Of a DNA stretch of 33,869 nt, positions 23,723 through 33,869 are shown one piece after another. The stretch comes from Chthoniobacteraceae bacterium. Its GTDB lineage: Bacteria; Verrucomicrobiota; Verrucomicrobiia; Chthoniobacterales; Chthoniobacteraceae. Where the stretch lies: NCBI GenBank assembly GCA_037190965.1, contig JBBCKI010000005.1, positions 1-33,869 on the forward strand, given 5' to 3'. Below the pieces are notes generated by a model. That model saw only the letters and a list, made by a program, of their open reading frames with translations. It did no database searches and was not told the origin of the DNA. Every line of letters starts with the position of its first letter. The first letter of the stretch is position 1. Made by a program: the position numbers and the translations under genes.

Positions 23723-26623
23723 TCAAAGCCGGGCGCGGGAACGGCGAACCATAAAAACAAACCCGGAGGCCGCCACCATCAGAGCCACTGTAGAGGGCTC
23801 CGGTATCGCTTCATAATCGAGGAAGAAGACGTTGTCGCTCACACGCAGGGAGAAGAGCCCGTCGTAGAAATACTCGAACCCGCTAAAATCCATTATCAGA
23901 TCGTCCAACCCCGTGATGCCCGTGGTGGTCGTGGCAACAGCCCAGGAGTAGTCCCGGGCACCGTCGAAATTTTGCAGACCCAGGGAGATGACTCGAAAGG
24001 TTGAGCCCAAGGCAAAGGAGATGCCGCCGGTAACCTCCGCAAGATCCCAGCCGGTTCCTGCTTCCCCAAGAGCGTCGGAAAGTTCCCATTCAAAGACACC
24101 GGTGCTGTCGAACGCAAGGCTACCACTGGCAAGCTTCCCCACGCTGTTGCCGGGGGCGTAGATCCCCTGGATGGTGGCAACGGTGGTGAAGCTCCCGGAG
24201 CCACCAAGCAGAGCTCCAGCCTCGACAGTGATCCCGCCGGTGCCGGCGATCTTCCCGTCCACTCGTAGCTGTCCCTGGTGAATCAAGGTGCTGCCCGTGT
24301 AGGTGCTGGTGCCCGAGAGCACCGCCGTGCCGGTGCCGGTTTTCACAAGGCCGCCAGTGCCGGTGATGGCTCCTCCAAAGTTGGAGCCGAGGTGATTGGT
24401 CGAGCCAAGGGTAAGCGTGTAGCTGCCGAGTTCCACCGTGCCGCCGGTGCCCTTCAATGCCCCGAGGGTCTGGGAAGCTCCGAGAGCAAAGGTGGTGTTC
24501 GTGGAAAGCTCGACTTGAGCAAGCGTCCCGAGCGCGGTGGCGTTGTTGGAGTTCACCCGGCCGCCGGTCACTTTCAGCGTCGTCCCATTGGAAATCATGG
24601 TGGCGGCGGCGGAGAGCGTGAGCGTGCCGTTGCCGCTCTTGGTCAGCGTTCGGGCAGCCCCCTGATCGTTCAACGCGTCGAAGGTGGTGACGCCGGTCCC
24701 CGTGCCATTGGTATTGTTGAGCGCCACGGTGGCGTCGCCCGCGAGCGTGACGGCCCCGGTGGCCAAACTGCCCGCATTATTCGTATTGAAGTTCGAACCC
24801 TGGGCGATCGTAAGGGTATGGCCGCCACCGAGTGTCAGCCCCCGAAGGGTCTGTGTCACCGCGTTGCCATTAGATGTGCGGCTCAACCGGATCGTCGCAT
24901 TGCCGCCAAGGGTGATCGTCGTGCCGTTGAATGTGGTGGCGGAATTATTGGCGAGTTCAAGGATGCCGCCATTCAAATTGAGCGCCGCCCCGGCACTGTT
25001 ACCCAGCGCATTGGCTACCTGGAGCCGCAGAATGCCGGCGGTAAGCGTGGTGGTGGCGTTCCGTGTGGAGTTGGAGCCGAGCGTCAATTGACCGTCACCC
25101 TCTTTGGTGAAGCGGTAGTTGCCGCTGAGGGCTCCAAGCGTGAGGAGCGTTCCCGCCCCGGTGTCGAAGATCGCATCATGGGCGGTCAGGGCGGTCGCCC
25201 CAAAGGTCAACGACGCCGTGCCGGTGACGAGAGAGCCCCGGGCGACGGTGAGCTTGTTGCCGCCAATGGAAAGCGTGCCGAGGGTGTGCGAGACAGTCCC
25301 CCCGCTGGTGGTAAGCCGGTTGGCAGTGATGGTGCCATTGGCGGTGATCTCGGTATCCTGGCCAAAATTGAGGCCCGTGTTGTTGGCCAGTTCCAGGCTC
25401 CCTCCTTTCAGGTAAACCGTCCCGGAACCCAGCGCGGTGGCGCGGGTGGTGGCGCGGAGCGTCCCGCCATGGATGTAGGTTCCGCCGGTGTAAGTATTAT
25501 TGCCGGAGAGCGTCGTCGTCCCCGCGCCGGATTTTGTCACAATGCCGCGTCCTGCCTCGTATTCAGAAATGATGTTGTAGGCAAACGTGAGATCGTCGGT
25601 ATGGTTAAAATTCAGCGTAGCCGCCGTATTGGTATACCGGAAAAGCACGTCCGCCTTGAGCGTACCGGAGAGCCCGCCGCTGCCAATGTTCAAAGACGTC
25701 GTTGAGCCGCTTAAAACAACCCCGCCATTCGCGGTAATGACGGCACCGTCAGCCACCGTTACCGACGAGGTGTTGCTGTCGCCGTTGTCGGGATTGTAAT
25801 GCCCCATCGTCAACTGTTCGGTGATCGTCCATTGCGAACCTGTGCCGGAAACGAGGACGCTGCCTCGCGTATTTTGCCCGTTCACCGAGCCGCCGGCCAC
25901 ATCGCCACCCGTGCTGTCGACATGCGCCCCCGCGAGGATCGACAGGCTCCCCGCGCCGAAGTTTCCAACGACAAGGTTCAATGTGGACATTTGCGACCCG
26001 CTGCCCGTCACGGTGACGATCGAGGGGGAAGACGGGCTTGAACTATAGCCGATGATGGTATCGCCCCCGCCCGCGGTATTCTCGAAAGTGCCGCCATTCC
26101 GGATGGTTACCGCGGCGACGCCATCGTACCCAAAAATGGCACTCTCCTCGGAATTGACGGAAAGCTTGGAGCCCACGCCGTCGATCGTCAGCGTTCCGGT
26201 GATGCCAGGCTCGATCCCCACCCATATGCCTCCCACGGCAGCGGTGCCGCCGCTCTCCAAAATCAACGTGCCGGTGCGGTCTCTGCCGACGTTCAGATAA
26301 CCGGCAACCTCCAGGCTTCCTCCGCTGCCAACCGTCAACGAACCGCTGCCTCCGGTGGCTCCCGATGTCCGGTAGCCCAACTCAACACTACCCGCCTTCG
26401 CAGCCCCGCTCGTGATTGTCGCCGAGCGGTTGGCCGTCGTGGAACCGATATAAACCGTGTCATTAAGGGTCGGAACGTTGCTCGATGACCAGTTCGAAGC
26501 GGTAAACCAGCTCCCGCTGGTTTGCGTAAAGGTGCGATTCGCCGCGAAAACCGCCCCTGGGGCAGCCAGCCAGATCGACAAGGCAAAACAAGCGCGAAAC
26601 CGACGCGGCAAACAGATATTCAT
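23723..26623 (-). CDS. PEP-CTERM surface protein with autotransporter-associated beta-strand (PATR) repeats (~966 aa)
   Basis: Signal-like MNICLPRRFRACFALSIWLAAPGAVFA from the ATG at 26623. PATR repeats VTKSGAGTTTLSGNNTYTGGT and LVKTGTGTAVLSGTSTYTGST. C-terminus IPEPSTVALMVAASGFVFMVRRSRARL (PEP + hydrophobic stretch + Arg tail). Confidence 0.9.
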   Translation of the reverse strand: MNICLPRRFRACFALSIWLAAPGAVFAANRTFTQTSGSWFTASNWSSSNVPTLNDTVYIGSTTANRSATITSGAAKAGSVELGYRTSGATGGSGSLTVGSGGSLEVAGYLNVGRDRTGTLILESGGTAAVGGIWVGIEPGITGTLTIDGVGSKLSVNSEESAIFGYDGVAAVTIRNGGTFENTAGGGDTIIGYSSSPSSPSIVTVTGSGSQMSTLNLVVGNFGAGSLSILAGAHVDSTGGDVAGGSVNGQNTRGSVLVSGTGSQWTITEQLTMGHYNPDNGDSNTSSVTVADGAVITANGGVVLSGSTTSLNIGSGGLSGTLKADVLFRYTNTAATLNFNHTDDLTFAYNIISEYEAGRGIVTKSGAGTTTLSGNNTYTGGTYIHGGTLRATTRATALGSGTVYLKGGSLELANNTGLNFGQDTEITANGTITANRLTTSGGTVSHTLGTLSIGGNKLTVARGSLVTGTASLTFGATALTAHDAIFDTGAGTLLTLGALSGNYRFTKEGDGQLTLGSNSTRNATTTLTAGILRLQVANALGNSAGAALNLNGGILELANNSATTFNGTTITLGGNATIRLSRTSNGNAVTQTLRGLTLGGGHTLTIAQGSNFNTNNAGSLATGAVTLAGDATVALNNTNGTGTGVTTFDALNDQGAARTLTKSGNGTLTLSAAATMISNGTTLKVTGGRVNSNNATALGTLAQVELSTNTTFALGASQTLGALKGTGGTVELGSYTLTLGSTNHLGSNFGGAITGTGGLVKTGTGTAVLSGTSTYTGSTLIHQGQLRVDGKIAGTGGITVEAGALLGGSGSFTTVATIQGIYAPGNSVGKLASGSLAFDSTGVFEWELSDALGEAGTGWDLAEVTGGISFALGSTFRVISLGLQNFDGARDYSWAVATTTTGITGLDDLIMDFSGFEYFYDGLFSLRVSDNVFFLDYEAIPEPSTVALMVAASGFVFMVRRSRARL

Positions 26624-26770
26624 AAAAGGGATTCCTAGCAATGCCGGTAAAATGGACAACCGGACAAACCCCGTAGTTCTACGAGGCTGGCGAGGCGGCA
26701 AGGCGGCAGGGGGGGCGTTTCCAGAGAGGGCTTGCCACGCAGAAAGATTAGGGCTCAACTGCAAGGCATC

Positions 26771-28798
26771 ATGCAGTTCCGATTGCCATACGGATGCATC
26801 CAGGCGGTTTTGCTGGCGCTGGCGGCCATTATCCTTGGATGGCTTCTGATTGGATTATCGGGAGATCGCTCAGGGAGGCAGACCTTGCCGGATGCAAACG
26901 GCTCCGCCGTCGCCTTTCTGCCCAATCCCAAGTCAGGATTGACGCCCGCCGAGGCGGCGGCCCTGCCCGATGAAGCCTGGCGCCCCTGGGCCCGTGGCTT
27001 TCTCCCATCTTCGCATCGCGAGGCTGCCTGGGTGCGGGTGATCCTGCGGAATCCGGAAGCGACCGTCGCTCACGGCGTCTTGAGCGATGCGCTCGACTAC
27101 GCGGACAAAGCGGACCTCTTCACGCCGGGAGACGCGCCGGGCAGTTGGCTTCATCTCCGCTCGGGAGAATGGACCCCCGCCGGGAAGAAGGCGCTCTGGG
27201 GACGCGAGACGGCATTCCCCCTCACCGTCCCCGCACAGGGAGAACGGAAAGTTTACCTCCGATATGAAGATTCTTTCATGGTCTGGCTGCAACTCGACTG
27301 GTGGCCGGACCAGAATGCATTCCATGCGTCCCGGTTGCGCACCGCGCTGGCGGAGGGGTTTTATTTCGGAGGTCTCCTCGCGCTCCTTTTCTACAACGCG
27401 ACATTGTGGGCCCGCCTCCGCTTTTCCGATACGGGCTACTATCTCCTCTATCTTGGCTCGTTCACGATCTACCTGTTTTTCGCGCGCAGTGAACTGGCGG
27501 GTTTGGGTGGGGCACTCGGTTCGCCGTGGCTGGAAACCATCTCGATGGTGGCGCTGGCGTTGAGCGGAGCATTTCTCGCGCAGTTCGTCCGGGTCTTGCT
27601 GGAACTTCCGGTTCGCACCCCGACGGCAGACAAGGTCACGAAAGCGATGAGAACCGTCATGGTTCTGCTCGCCCTTGGAGCGGTGGCCGCCCCATGGGTC
27701 GGCTATGAAAACTGGCTCTCCTATATCGTGCTCGGGAGCGCGACAGCCCATCTCGTATTACTGGGGGCGGCAGTCGCCGCGTGGCGCGCCGGGGCGCGGC
27801 AGGCCCGTTATTTCGTGGTGGCATTTGGGCTTTTGTTCGCGGGGATTGCACCGGTCGCCGCCTCATGGCTCTCCTGGCTGAGCATCTCAAACGTCATCAC
27901 GGTCGTCATGCTTGCCTCCGCCCTGGAGATGCTGCTCCTCTCTCTCGCCACGGCGGATCGCTTCGCGCAGATCCAACGCGAGAAACTCGACGCCCAGCAA
28001 AGCCTGCTCGCGGAGGCGCAACAACGCCAGATCCTGCAGGAAGCCTACGCCGACGAGCTGGCCCTGGAAGTGCGGGAGCAGACGCGGGAGTTGGAGGCCG
28101 CCAATCATGACAAAGACCGAATGATCGCCGTGCTCGGCCATGATCTGCGCAGCCCCCTCACGGGGCTCACCCAGGCCGCCGAGCAACTTGTAGCCGCCCC
28201 GCCCGGGCGCTCTCTGGAGCAGTTCGCGAGCGACACCGCGCGAACCGGGCGGGAGTTGCTTCTCCTGATCGAAGACCTCGTGCTCTGGACACGGTTGCGA
28301 GCCGGGGCGGAAGCCGCTCGGACGGATTCGCTTTCGGTAGGCACGCTGATGGCCCCTGTCGTGGCGCTGCATCGCACCGTGGCGGAGCAAGGCAAGCGCG
28401 AACTGGTGATCGAAGTGCCGGAAGACCTTCATGTCGAAACGGACCTCGTGCTGGCGCAGACCTTGCTACGTAATCTCCTCGTCAACGCCTTGAAATTTGC
28501 CCGACATAGAGTCGTCGTCAGCGCGGCACTCACGCCAAACGGAGTGAGGCTGGCCGTCCGCGATGACGGCCCGGGCCTGCCCCGGGAAGTAGCGGAGCAA
28601 CTCGCCGCGGAATCCCCCTGCCCGCCGGCCGCCAGGGGTGGCATGGGCCTGCACCTCTGCGGCGAGATCAGCCGGACCATGGGCATCCGGCTGGAGGCTA
28701 TCTTGAACCCGGGCGGTCAAGGCGGAACAGAGTTATGGTTTACCCTGCCCGCCGCGGAAGGGCGAGCTTGCGATAAAGGCCTCGCTATCGCCTCATGA
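26771..28798 (+). CDS. 7TM-DISM sensor histidine kinase
   Basis: Periplasmic DISMED2-like region (AWVRVILRN...FPLTVP...KVYLRY), about 7 hydrophobic segments, H-box HDLRSPL, N-box NLLVNALKF, DDGPGL, GMGL. Probable start is the ATG at 26771. Confidence 0.88.
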   Translation: MQFRLPYGCIQAVLLALAAIILGWLLIGLSGDRSGRQTLPDANGSAVAFLPNPKSGLTPAEAAALPDEAWRPWARGFLPSSHREAAWVRVILRNPEATVAHGVLSDALDYADKADLFTPGDAPGSWLHLRSGEWTPAGKKALWGRETAFPLTVPAQGERKVYLRYEDSFMVWLQLDWWPDQNAFHASRLRTALAEGFYFGGLLALLFYNATLWARLRFSDTGYYLLYLGSFTIYLFFARSELAGLGGALGSPWLETISMVALALSGAFLAQFVRVLLELPVRTPTADKVTKAMRTVMVLLALGAVAAPWVGYENWLSYIVLGSATAHLVLLGAAVAAWRAGARQARYFVVAFGLLFAGIAPVAASWLSWLSISNVITVVMLASALEMLLLSLATADRFAQIQREKLDAQQSLLAEAQQRQILQEAYADELALEVREQTRELEAANHDKDRMIAVLGHDLRSPLTGLTQAAEQLVAAPPGRSLEQFASDTARTGRELLLLIEDLVLWTRLRAGAEAARTDSLSVGTLMAPVVALHRTVAEQGKRELVIEVPEDLHVETDLVLAQTLLRNLLVNALKFARHRVVVSAALTPNGVRLAVRDDGPGLPREVAEQLAAESPCPPAARGGMGLHLCGEISRTMGIRLEAILNPGGQGGTELWFTLPAAEGRACDKGLAIAS

Positions 28799-29430
28799 AT
28801 CGGCCACCTCTCCGCGCGTTGATCGTAGAAGACCAGGGGATGTTTCGCTCCTTCCTGGAGCAATGGCTTGAGATACAACCCGGCTTTCTTCCCGTAGGAG
28901 CGGCAGGATCAGGGGAGGAAGCCCTTCCTCTGGTTGTATCGGCGCAACCCGATGTCGTGCTGGTGGATCTGCAACTCCCGGGGATGGATGGACTGGAGTT
29001 CGTCCGGGCAGCCCGGCTGCTGCGGCGCCATCTTCGGGCTTTGGTCCTCTCCTCAATGGTGGATCCTCTGGCGCTGACGCGGGTCCGCGAAAGTGGCGTG
29101 GAGGGGTATATCGAAAAAGATGCCCCTCCCATGGCGCTTGCCGAAGCGCTGAAGACCGTCGCCAACGGACAACCGTATTATTCAGCCCGGTTCAGCGAAA
29201 CGCTGACCCGCGAACGAGCAAAGAGTCTCTCGGTCGGAAAGATCCTCTCCCGCCGGGAGCAGGAAGTTCTTGGCTACGTTCTCACGGGGCGGACCAGCCG
29301 GGAGATCAGCGACATCATTAGCCTGAGCCCCCGCACGGTTGAATTTCACCGCGCCAACATTATCGCCAAACTTGGCGCCAGCAACATGGCGGAGCTTGTG
29401 GCCCGCGCGAAGCATTACGGGCTCGGATAA
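28795..29430 (+). CDS. NarL/LuxR-family response regulator
   Basis: LIVED, PDVVLVDLQLPGMDGLE, and HTH LSRREQEVL...SPRTVEFHRANIIAKLG. Overlaps the kinase stop by 4 nt. Confidence 0.93.
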   Translation: MNRPPLRALIVEDQGMFRSFLEQWLEIQPGFLPVGAAGSGEEALPLVVSAQPDVVLVDLQLPGMDGLEFVRAARLLRRHLRALVLSSMVDPLALTRVRESGVEGYIEKDAPPMALAEALKTVANGQPYYSARFSETLTRERAKSLSVGKILSRREQEVLGYVLTGRTSREISDIISLSPRTVEFHRANIIAKLGASNMAELVARAKHYGLG

Positions 29431-29602
29431 GACACGAGCGGGATGGCGGGAGGGGTGGCTGAAAAATACCCCGGTGAGGTGTTTCCTTTTGCCCAGCATG
29501 GATAAAAAGAGACAGATCACTGCCTTTTCGAGGCTGGAATTTGCACCTCCCAATCTCCTTCCTGTCTTAAAAATAAGGGTAAAATATGATGGATCAGAAA
29601 CG

Positions 29603-29618
29603 TGGCACGGTCGATGCT
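29603..29618 (+). promoter_or_regulatory. Sigma54 (-24/-12) promoter of glutamine synthetase III
   Basis: TGGCACGGTCGATGCT fits TGGCAC-N5-[T/A]TGCW, lies ~95 nt upstream of the ATG and follows an AT-rich stretch. Confidence 0.75.
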
Positions 29619-29712
29619 AAGGGGAGCGCATCACGAAACGCTGACCATGATGAATCCGGGGTGAGCATTCCGATGCAAACCTCTTAGAACATCCACCGCA
29701 ACCAAACTTACA

Positions 29713-31887
<2,175 letters not shown>

Positions 31888-31907
31888 CGCTTGATGGAGT
31901 CAACCAA

Positions 31908-31945
31908 GAGGTCGCCTTCCGGGGGGGAGGCGGCCTCCTTTTTTT
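31908..31945 (+). terminator. Intrinsic terminator after glnA
   Basis: gaggtcgccttcc-gggg-gggaggcggcctc followed by a run of 7 T. Confidence 0.88.
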
Positions 31946-32167
31946 GCCGTTTTTTAACTACCAAGAAGCGGCCTGCAACGGATAGACCTGAAATTCGAGC
32001 GATTGCGACGAATTTCCATAGGCGACTTGGAGTTTCAAGTCACCCGGTGTCCGTTCGTAAAACTTGCCAACACGGCTGAAACGCCGTTCATTGGGGGGCT
32101 ATTTTCTCGAAAAGACAGCCGCGCCCGGGGGAACGCGGCACGCGAGGCGAACCAACCCAGTAAACTC

Positions 32168-33004
32168 ATGACCAACGCCGACTCCAGTTCCAATGACCGC
32201 ATTCCTCTCTCGCCGTTACACAGCATCGTCATTGCCGAAGGCTTGCGCCATCTGTTGACCCAGCCGCAGGACAAAGATTTTCCCGTTCACTCCATCGCGC
32301 GAAAAACGGGCCCGGATGGCCGCGATCTCGTGCACAGCCAGTTGGTCATCGCCGGGCGGCAATCCCGCGCCGCCTTTCCACGCGCCAGCGAATACCCGGT
32401 GCATTTTGTCAAACAATACCACCCGTGGAGCTTCCACGGCGACCCGGCGGTGGAATTTGAGAATAGCCTTGCGGCGGCGGAAATCCTCGGCTCGCCCGAG
32501 CCGATCGGCTTTGATAACAACTCCTTCCGCTCCGCCTTCATCCCCGGCAAGCCGTTGAGCCGCCTCTCCCCCTTCACCGATGTGGAACCCGCCGAGCGCT
32601 GCCTTGGGATCGCTCTTCAGACCGACCCCGCCGTCCTCATCGGGCTTTGGAAGCTGTCCGAAGAGATTTTTGCACAGCTCGAAAAGCTGCATGCCCGCCG
32701 CTTTCTCCATCGCGATATGGAGTTGCACAACATCATCGTCTGCACCGCGCCGGTGCAACCGTTTCTGATCGATTTCGAGAGCGCCGAACGCAATTTCAGC
32801 GGCTCCGAGGAGGCCTTTGAAGAGGCCCGCTTCCGCGACCTCGCCGAACTCCTACGGTTGGCCATTTTCCTCCAGAGCGGCCTTGGCCGCCAGGAAGGCC
32901 CGCTCGCCCGCGCCTCGCTGGACGCACTCCCCCGGCTCTTCCGCTCCAGCGACACCTTCGCCTCCCGCCTCGACGCCGCCGACCGCCGCGCGGTGGGGGG
33001 GTGA
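32168..33004 (+). CDS. Protein-kinase-like superfamily protein (RIO/Kdo/APH-like), function unknown
   Basis: FVKQY, catalytic loop LHRDMELHNI, LIDFE. Likely start is the ATG at 32168. Confidence 0.7.
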   Translation: MTNADSSSNDRIPLSPLHSIVIAEGLRHLLTQPQDKDFPVHSIARKTGPDGRDLVHSQLVIAGRQSRAAFPRASEYPVHFVKQYHPWSFHGDPAVEFENSLAAAEILGSPEPIGFDNNSFRSAFIPGKPLSRLSPFTDVEPAERCLGIALQTDPAVLIGLWKLSEEIFAQLEKLHARRFLHRDMELHNIIVCTAPVQPFLIDFESAERNFSGSEEAFEEARFRDLAELLRLAIFLQSGLGRQEGPLARASLDALPRLFRSSDTFASRLDAADRRAVGG

Positions 33005-33081
33005 GAGGGAAAACCGGAACGCGGAAACCGGAAAGAACGCTACCGCGCGAAGGAAAGCCAATCACTCGGTTGCAGAATTCC

Positions 33082-33135
33082 CTCGTTCCCAAACTCCAGT
33101 TTGGGAATGCCCCTGTCTGCGAAACTCCAGTTTCG
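33082..33135. repeat. RAYT-flanking double-hairpin repeat, left copy
   Basis: Hairpins ttcccaaact-cc-agtttgggaa (33086-33107) and cgaaact-cc-agtttcg (33120-33135). Confidence 0.85.
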
Positions 33136-33144
33136 AAAACCCGC

Positions 33145-33675
33145 CTATCGCCAATCATCGCAGCGAAACACAGGCTCACCTCCCGGCAGCCATTCATGCG
33201 CCGACGAATAGCGCCAATGCTCCGGAGCCGCAACCAAGCCCGCGCGAACCGGGTTGTTATGCAAATATTCCAGCTTCTGGAGCATCATCTCATCATGGGT
33301 AATCTCTTGGGGATGAAAACCTTCCTGCCAGATCTGATGAGCGCTGGTCTTATGATTGGCCCGGTAGTAACTGAGTTGATTCAGAAGCCATTCCCGCCTT
33401 TCTTCCTCAAGCCGCGCCACGAGCCGCCGCGCAGTGAATTTCTTGAGATCAGCGAGAATTGAGCTGAGGTCGGGCGCTGAAACGATGGCGTGGAAATGGT
33501 GATGAAGAATCACCCAGCCATAGATTTTGAGACCTTTGTTCTCGCGGCAAAATTGCAGGGAATCCGCGAGGATGTCGCAGCAGGCTTGCGTGGTGAAGAC
33601 GGGCAGCCACTCGACGATGGTGGAGGTGATGAAATGCGCCGCGTCGGGTCTGCTGACTCTGTAGCGGCTGCGCAT
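33145..33675 (-). mobile_element. REP-associated tyrosine transposase (RAYT, Y1 HUH family)
   Basis: 176 aa; HFIT, YGWVILHHHFHAI (HUH motif), IWQEGFHP, YLHNNPVRAGLV, WRYSS; flanked by inverted hairpin repeats. Confidence 0.92.
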
Positions 33676-33689
33676 CTTCGGGAGGGTAG

Positions 33690-33731
33690 CGAAACTGGAG
33701 TTTCGAAGACAAGGGCATTCCCAAACTGGAG
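33690..33731. repeat. RAYT-flanking repeat, right copy (inverted, outer hairpin truncated)
   Basis: 40/42 identity to the reverse complement of 33094-33135; the match breaks just after the loop of the outer hairpin. Confidence 0.85.
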
Positions 33732-33869
33732 AGACTGTGTGAAAACTCCAAGTATGCTCGATTCTGAAAAACTCCGACGCTCATATTTGCCCTACACGGC
33801 CTGTTTCGAAGGAGGGCAATGATTTATCATTCCCAAAAATCGAGCATTTTACGACGAAATTAGAGTTTT
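33731..33869. mobile_element. Probable MITE (non-coding, nested inverted repeats), right end outside window
   Basis: Starts GAGACTGTGTGAAAACTC; the window ends GAGTTTT, the first 7 nt of its reverse complement. Inner inverted repeats are atgctcgatt/aatcgagcat and ttgccct/agggcaa. Confidence 0.6.

Noticed and set aside
21908..25705. 571-aa and 475-aa + strand ORFs
   Set aside because: Antisense to tkt and the PEP-CTERM gene; no independent coding evidence.
33082..33869. CRISPR array
   Set aside because: The repeats are inverted hairpins around a RAYT, not regularly spaced direct repeats, and there are no cas genes.

Overview
Bacterial DNA, probably from a Verrucomicrobium-type organism (inferred from PEP-CTERM, PATR and TSP3-like protein styles). 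Left ~15 kb, directly downstream of a tRNA-Lys(UUU) and with AT-richer patches: two co-oriented minus-strand genes. The first is a ~924-aa fibre-like protein (YadA/Hep_Hag-type head repeats, tail-fibre-like repeats, no beta-barrel anchor). The second is a giant (>=3987 aa, runs off the left edge, absent from the ORF track) secreted RHS/YD protein. Its N-to-C order is: an N-terminal domain with a triple 'D[YF]AxxNxGQ[LV]K' motif, a duplicated ~510-aa module, LamG, 7 Ig-like domains, an FN3-like domain and the YD shell. The rest is GC-rich core and accessory genes: plsY-gpsA, cysH-cysD-cysNC, tkt, a PEP-CTERM/PATR surface protein divergent from a 7TM-DISM kinase + NarL/LuxR regulator, sigma54-type glutamine synthetase III, a kinase-like gene, and a RAYT flanked by inverted hairpin repeats, the right one interrupted by a probable MITE. 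Two GTAG REP doublets (REPINs) and one half-REP lie in intergenic spaces. Domain names come from motif recognition by eye, not from database searches.
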